From NCBI RefSeq assembly GCF_009914755.1, contig NC_060947.1: 64,000 nucleotides of DNA, one strand, 5' to 3'. Positions 58,868-64,000 of this stretch are shown here, in pieces; position 1 is the first letter of the stretch; each line of letters starts with the position of its first letter. Under the pieces are notes generated by a model that did no database searches, had not been told where the DNA came from, and was given only the letters and a program-made list of their open reading frames with translations. The translations under genes were made by a program, and so were the position numbers. Source of the stretch: the human T2T-CHM13v2.0 reference genome, Homo sapiens.

Positions 58868-59945
58868 TTTTTCTTTTTGTTTATTGATACATAATGTTGT
58901 ACCTACTTTGAGGATACATGTGGTATTTTGATACATGCATAGAGTGTGTAATGATCAAACCAGGGTAATGAGGACATCCATCACACTAAACATTCACTTC
59001 TTTATGTTGGGAATATTTTAATTCCTCTCCTCTAGCAATTTTGAACTGTACAACAAATTATTGTTAACTACAGTCATTCTATTATATTATCAAACACTAG
59101 ATCTTATTCCTTCCGTATATCAGTATCTCTATACACTTTAACCAATCTCTTTAATTCCTTTCATCCACTCAATCCTTCCCAGCCTCTGGTGATCACCAAT
59201 CAAATGTCTACCTCCATGAGATCCACTTTTTTAGCTCCCACGTATGCTTTGAGAACATGAGGTATTTGTCTTTCAGAGCCTGGCTTATTTCACATAATAC
59301 AACGACCTAGGTTGGAAAGTTTTCTGTTATTACATCTTTGAACAAGCTTTCTACTCTATGCTCTTCCTCAACTCCCTCTTGAACACTTTTTAATTTGCTC
59401 TTTTGTAGTTATTCCCTATATTGTGTTGGCATTATTTGTACTTTTTCATTCTTTTTCTTTTTTCTCCTCTGACTGTGTATTTTCAAATACAAAGTCTGTC
59501 TTCAGGCTTGCTGATTCTTTCTTCTGCTTAATTCACTCTACTGTTGAAAACCACCAATGTATTCTTCAGTTCAGTACATGTATTTCGCAGCTCCAGGATT
59601 TCCATTTGATATTTTAAATTATTATTTCAATCTCTTTGTTAAATTCTTCTGATAAATTTGTGAATTATTCTTCTATGTTGCCTTGGAGTTCAGAGTTTCC
59701 TTAGGACTGCTATTTCAAATTCTTGATCTAAGAGTTCATATATCACCATCTCATTAGGTCATGGTTTCCTGTTTGCTGTCATTTCCTTTTGATGTGTCTA
59801 TTATTTTGCATTAAAGGATTAGTTATTTATGCCAGTCTTCATTTTCTGGCTTGTTTTGATCTTCCTAGGCTGTGTTTGTTTGAGATGTTCTTTGCAGTTG
59901 CCTATTGAGGTCCCTTAATTCTTGATCACTGCCTCCTTTTTGTGC
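58868..59945 (-). mobile_element. L1MA (MA4/5-like) 3'UTR fused directly to antisense ORF1 DNA
   Basis: gatacatgtggtattttgatacatgcat...aatgatcaaaccagggtaat (3'UTR); from about 59308 aggttggaaagttttctgttatt...ctctgactgtgtattttcaaata (ORF1). Confidence 0.8.
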
Positions 59946-59954
59946 TGTCTGTGC

Positions 59955-61062
59955 AATTGATCCTGATTGTCAGTGAGAAATTCAGTTGCTTCTCCTCAAA
60001 ATAGAGAAAATGTCTGGAAACCAGAGGATTTTATAGAGTGCCCATTAGTACTTCTATATTCAGTGGCTAAAATTAGTTGAAAATAACTAAAAGCCAATGC
60101 CAGCACCACCACTAAGAGCTGAGATTCTTCAGAAACGAAGCCATGTCTTACCATACCAGCAAATAACCATGGTCAGCAGAAGATATCCTTCAAGGCAAAT
60201 GAATATGAAATGAAGAGTAAAGAAAGTTCTAAATTCCAACTATGAGTTGCAGAAATGAGGACTGCAGTAGACATATTCTCATCCTTGCTTTCTTTGTATA
60301 TATTTGTATAATGAACAAATATCTTTTTTAAAATGTTGCCTCCCTCCTTCCCTTATTATATGAAGACATATTAGTGGTCACTAATCTTATAGTCTTTAGG
60401 CTACAGGATACCTAAAGTAGCATATGGCTACACTAGAAGAAAAATTAATATCCTCCAGAGATAGACACAGTGACAGATAGGACTTTGGGTCTCCCTTTAT
60501 TTGCATTAAAGACAGTTGCAAAAGGTTAGGTATAATACATGTTTGCTATTGTTGCGGAAGTGTGTATATGGATTCTATTTGCTGACGAAGAGGACTTAAT
60601 GAATGTTTTATGATGACTTTTGGCAACTGTTATATTACCTTCTATGTTCTCCCCTCCACTGTAAGAGCTGGAAACATTGGAACTACATTTTCCAGATTAC
60701 CAAGCCTCTATCTTTTTACATATGCATTTTATATTTTAAAAATGAGATGTTTTCACATATAATTTGGACAAAGAGTGGCAAAATCCATCTTCTTCCTCTG
60801 ATAGTAGTGGTAGACAGAGGTCTGGGCATCCCAGATATGAGAGTTTTTTAAAGTCATTTCTGTATTCTCCTGCTGTTTACTCTTCTTGGGATTAAAGAAG
60901 AGCTATGAAGTCTTTCAGAAGATTCTTTTTATTTCCTAATTCCGTGTGGTAGCAACTCTAATTCTTTGTGACAGTGAGCTTGAAAGCTGGTAACGTGACC
61001 TGAGACACTCAGTCCTCCACCTTTCCAACAATTTTGTATATATTAATTATGTCAAAATTTTT
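59955..61062 (+). mobile_element. ERVL internal remnant (dUTPase-region DNA to 3' end) followed by an LTR33/40/41-like LTR from about 60603
   Basis: tgatcctgattgtcagtgagaaattcagttgct...tgtctggaaaccagagga resembles the HERV-L dUTPase region; gagctggaaacattggaactacattttccaga is an ERVL LTR motif. Confidence 0.55.
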
Positions 61063-62754
61063 TGACTACATAATGGCCTGATAAAAAACTTGGTCCCAGG
61101 AAAATCTTTTGTATCCACTACAGTTTTCCAATAGTTATATAATGACAAGACATAGTCTCTGAGTGTCTCCTTTCCTTCCACTAGACTTGAATCAATACTA
61201 TGATTTTGTACATTGTCTTCTTGGGTCCCAAGTTCTTTATCTTCCTCTGTTAAGAAAACTCATCAACCTTTCGGGTTAATTCAGGGATAGTAAACAGGTA
61301 GTATTGGCATTTTTAAAAAGTTAAAAATAATTCAGAAACACTGCACTGAGCATAATACTATTTAGTTCTAATTTTAAATGTTTTCAAGTTATCAGGTAGG
61401 AGGTGAAAAGTTATTGTGGCATATTATTTATTTTGTCTAACATCACATTTCTATTTAATCATCTAATTTTGTAATTAAGGTTCTCTGTGATATAGTTATG
61501 CAATTAATGATAGTTACAGTATTTAAAATATTCGAGTAAACCTAACTGTATAACTTTACGTGGAATCTTTAGACCTTTATTATACTGATGCTTACACTTT
61601 TATTTAATTGATCGTTGCCCTATCCAGAGTCCTCTTACTTCAGGTGTGAGTACTATTGTGCCTTGTCAACAGCATATACATAATGCACAGCTATGACCTT
61701 TTCCCTTATTTTCTTTTTCACATAATTTCTATTTCAGGATAAATATTAATCATATCAGGCAATAAGTTTTTAAAGATGACTATCCTACTCTCAGGAGGAT
61801 TAAGGCACTGAATCTTTGGCTTTTTTCCATTATACAACCTATCTGGGTCTCAAAGAACTAAAGTGACGGTTTATGATTGTTATACCGACTGTCCCCCAGT
61901 TGGTCATTTTCCACAACCATCCTAATCAAACAAATAATAGGCCTTATTTTTAATTAAATGTACAAAGTTAAATAAGGAATTCAAATAATAGCAGCTATTA
62001 TTTACTAGCTTCTATTTCAAATAAAATTCTGTGTTAAGTGTTTTGTATACCTTTATGTTTTTCACAAAAGGCCTTTGAAGAAGACATAATTATTTATAAT
62101 TTATATACTAATAAATTCAGGTAAAATTATGTTAAATTACTGTTTAAGTAATTGGGATTAGAATCCAGATCCATCTTAAGTCAAATCACTGCCCTTTACA
62201 AAATATGATACTATACTGCTTTAAAAAGTCAATTTATAGTATTATAAGCCATGCTGATGAAATGAAGACCTAATATAATCAGTTTCACAACTGATTTAAA
62301 TGAGACTATAAATAACAATTGTATAACTTTACATGATTTTAAATACTACATTATTAGAGTCAATATTGTCTAGTTTTCAGTATCTAAATCCATGAAAATA
62401 TATAGTGAGAGTCGCTTACTTATGTCCGCTTTTCACACGTGAAATGACCACTTGCATCAGATATGAAGTGATTCTTAATAACGTTTGAAAACATTCTTAC
62501 TAACATTTGAAAATATTTGCTCAAGACGCATATATTCAGCTGCTTATGTGCCACTTCTACGTTCCTTATCTGTTATAAAACTTATAACTATTTGTTACTG
62601 TTCAATCTCACAAAATACAGAACTCAAAGGATGGAAAGCAAAATCCAGGAAATGGATACAGCTGTAGATGTGCTAACATAGCAGGTAGAGGGCTCCAGAA
62701 AGAGCAAATATTTTCTATTGGGGAGGAGAGATTCTCACTTTAAGACATGGTTGC

Positions 62755-62809
62755 TCAGAGCGAGGATCACTGAGGAAAAAAGAAAAATAAATAAATAATA
62801 AAAATAAAT
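62755..62809 (+). pseudogene. Tiny L1-mediated retro-insertion: 21-nt body plus A-rich tail, source RNA unknown
   Basis: TSD aagacatggttgc / aaaacatggttgc (62742-62754 / 62810-62822) at a TTT/AAGA site. Confidence 0.75.
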
Positions 62810-63055
62810 AAAACATGGTTGCATGATTCAGAAGCATTTCTAGTTTTTTGTTCCTCTTTTTCCTCTAATTTATCCCTCCAGTCACTTGTGGTAATAGTGA
62901 TGTTGCTTTAATGATGTGTAAATGGCCCCAGAGAGCTTCCTTATGAAATGACAATGAAGTTTTTCTTAAATCTAGACTTCCTTTGGCTTCAGGTTTTCCC
63001 ATATCCAATAATCAGAATAATCATCATTTACCAACTTCATGAGGTACACACCTTC

Positions 63056-63440
63056 TGAATCAGTCAGGACTTTTACTGTTGTAAGCAACAGAAAACAATT
63101 CAAATTCTTTAAACAAACAAAAAATAAATTATTGGTTCATGTAAAGGAAAGTCTAAAGGTAGGATGAGCCTCAGCTGTGATTTGGTCAGTGATGCTCTCA
63201 GCTCTGGCCCTTTTGGTGCGCTGCCTTTGTCCTCAGGCTGGCTTACTTTGGTGGTGAGATAACTACTGCAATTTCAGGCTTCACAATGCATAGCATGCTT
63301 TCCAGAACAACAACAACAAAAATACTCTTCTGTCACAGCATTTTACCCTGATTGAGCCACCTTAGGTTACATGCCCTGAACAAAGCATTCTAGACAGAGG
63401 GTAGAAAAATTGTGATTGACTTAAACTGAAGATGGGATCT
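63056..63440 (-). mobile_element. MLT1J/K-like MaLR LTR
   Basis: cagtcaggacttttactgttgtaagcaacagaaaac...attattggttcatgtaa...ttaggttacatgccc...tgattgac. Confidence 0.7.
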
Positions 63441-64000
63441 GCTTTGCTGAAAGCAGAAAAACTTCATGAGGAATGAGTTTGGGTCCAGAAATCTGTATTC
63501 TGAGTCCTGTTTTACTGATTCAAACTGGGTGTCTTTGTATTTCCTAGTAATGCATTCAACCATACTCGAGCTGTCTGGTATGAAAGTCAACCTCATATAG
63601 GATTCTAGTTTTATATATGTTTACCTTCTTGATTACATTCCTATCCAGGTTGATTTTTCATTGAAAATTTCCCTCAAACTATAGAATGCCATCATTTGAG
63701 GCACCAAACATCCAATGACTTCAATCAAAATCATCATAGTCAAAACTACAACAAGATGACACTCTTTCTTTTTTTACTTTCATTCTTGCTTGGCATCTAA
63801 CTTCTGTTGTAATGACCTTTCTCAAAAACCAAACATCCTCCAACACCCAACAGAAAAATCAGTCATTTTTTTTTGTTTTTAGGAATAATTGTTTTCTGGA
63901 TCCTTTCTGCAATAACAATGAAGAAAAAAGGTTTTGATTGCAAGGTAATCACATATGTTATGGTTGCTTTAAAAAGGACATGAAAGATAGCTTTTGTGAG

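Overview
Primate (human-like or great-ape-like) nuclear DNA, AT-rich and roughly half interspersed repeats, typical of an L1-rich intron or gene-poor interval. I found no credible protein-coding exon. The ORFs I can recognise are decayed LINE-1 ORF1/ORF2 pieces or readings of Alu/LTR sequence, and the rest look like chance frames. Contents: a long L1PB (minus strand, about 0.3-5.4 kb); a chimeric old-L1PA/L1PA7-like block (about 24.9-33.8 kb); a stack of L1MA/L1MB copies (about 35.5-44.3 kb) carrying nested insertions; four Alus plus a FLAM; MaLR and ERVL LTRs; DNA-transposon relics (MER5, MER20, MER63, Tigger3, MADE1); L2, L3 and MIR fragments; and microsatellites. The more interesting items are small L1-mobilised RNA retrocopies (7SL, a tailless 5S fragment, a 31-nt Y3 3' end, an unidentified 21-nt poly(A)/TSD insertion), template-switch and twin-priming rearrangements, and several repeat-free motif clusters that may be enhancers. 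I do not see evidence for a new multi-gene biological system. Subfamily names come from remembered consensus sequences, and boundaries not marked by a target-site duplication (TSD) are approximate.
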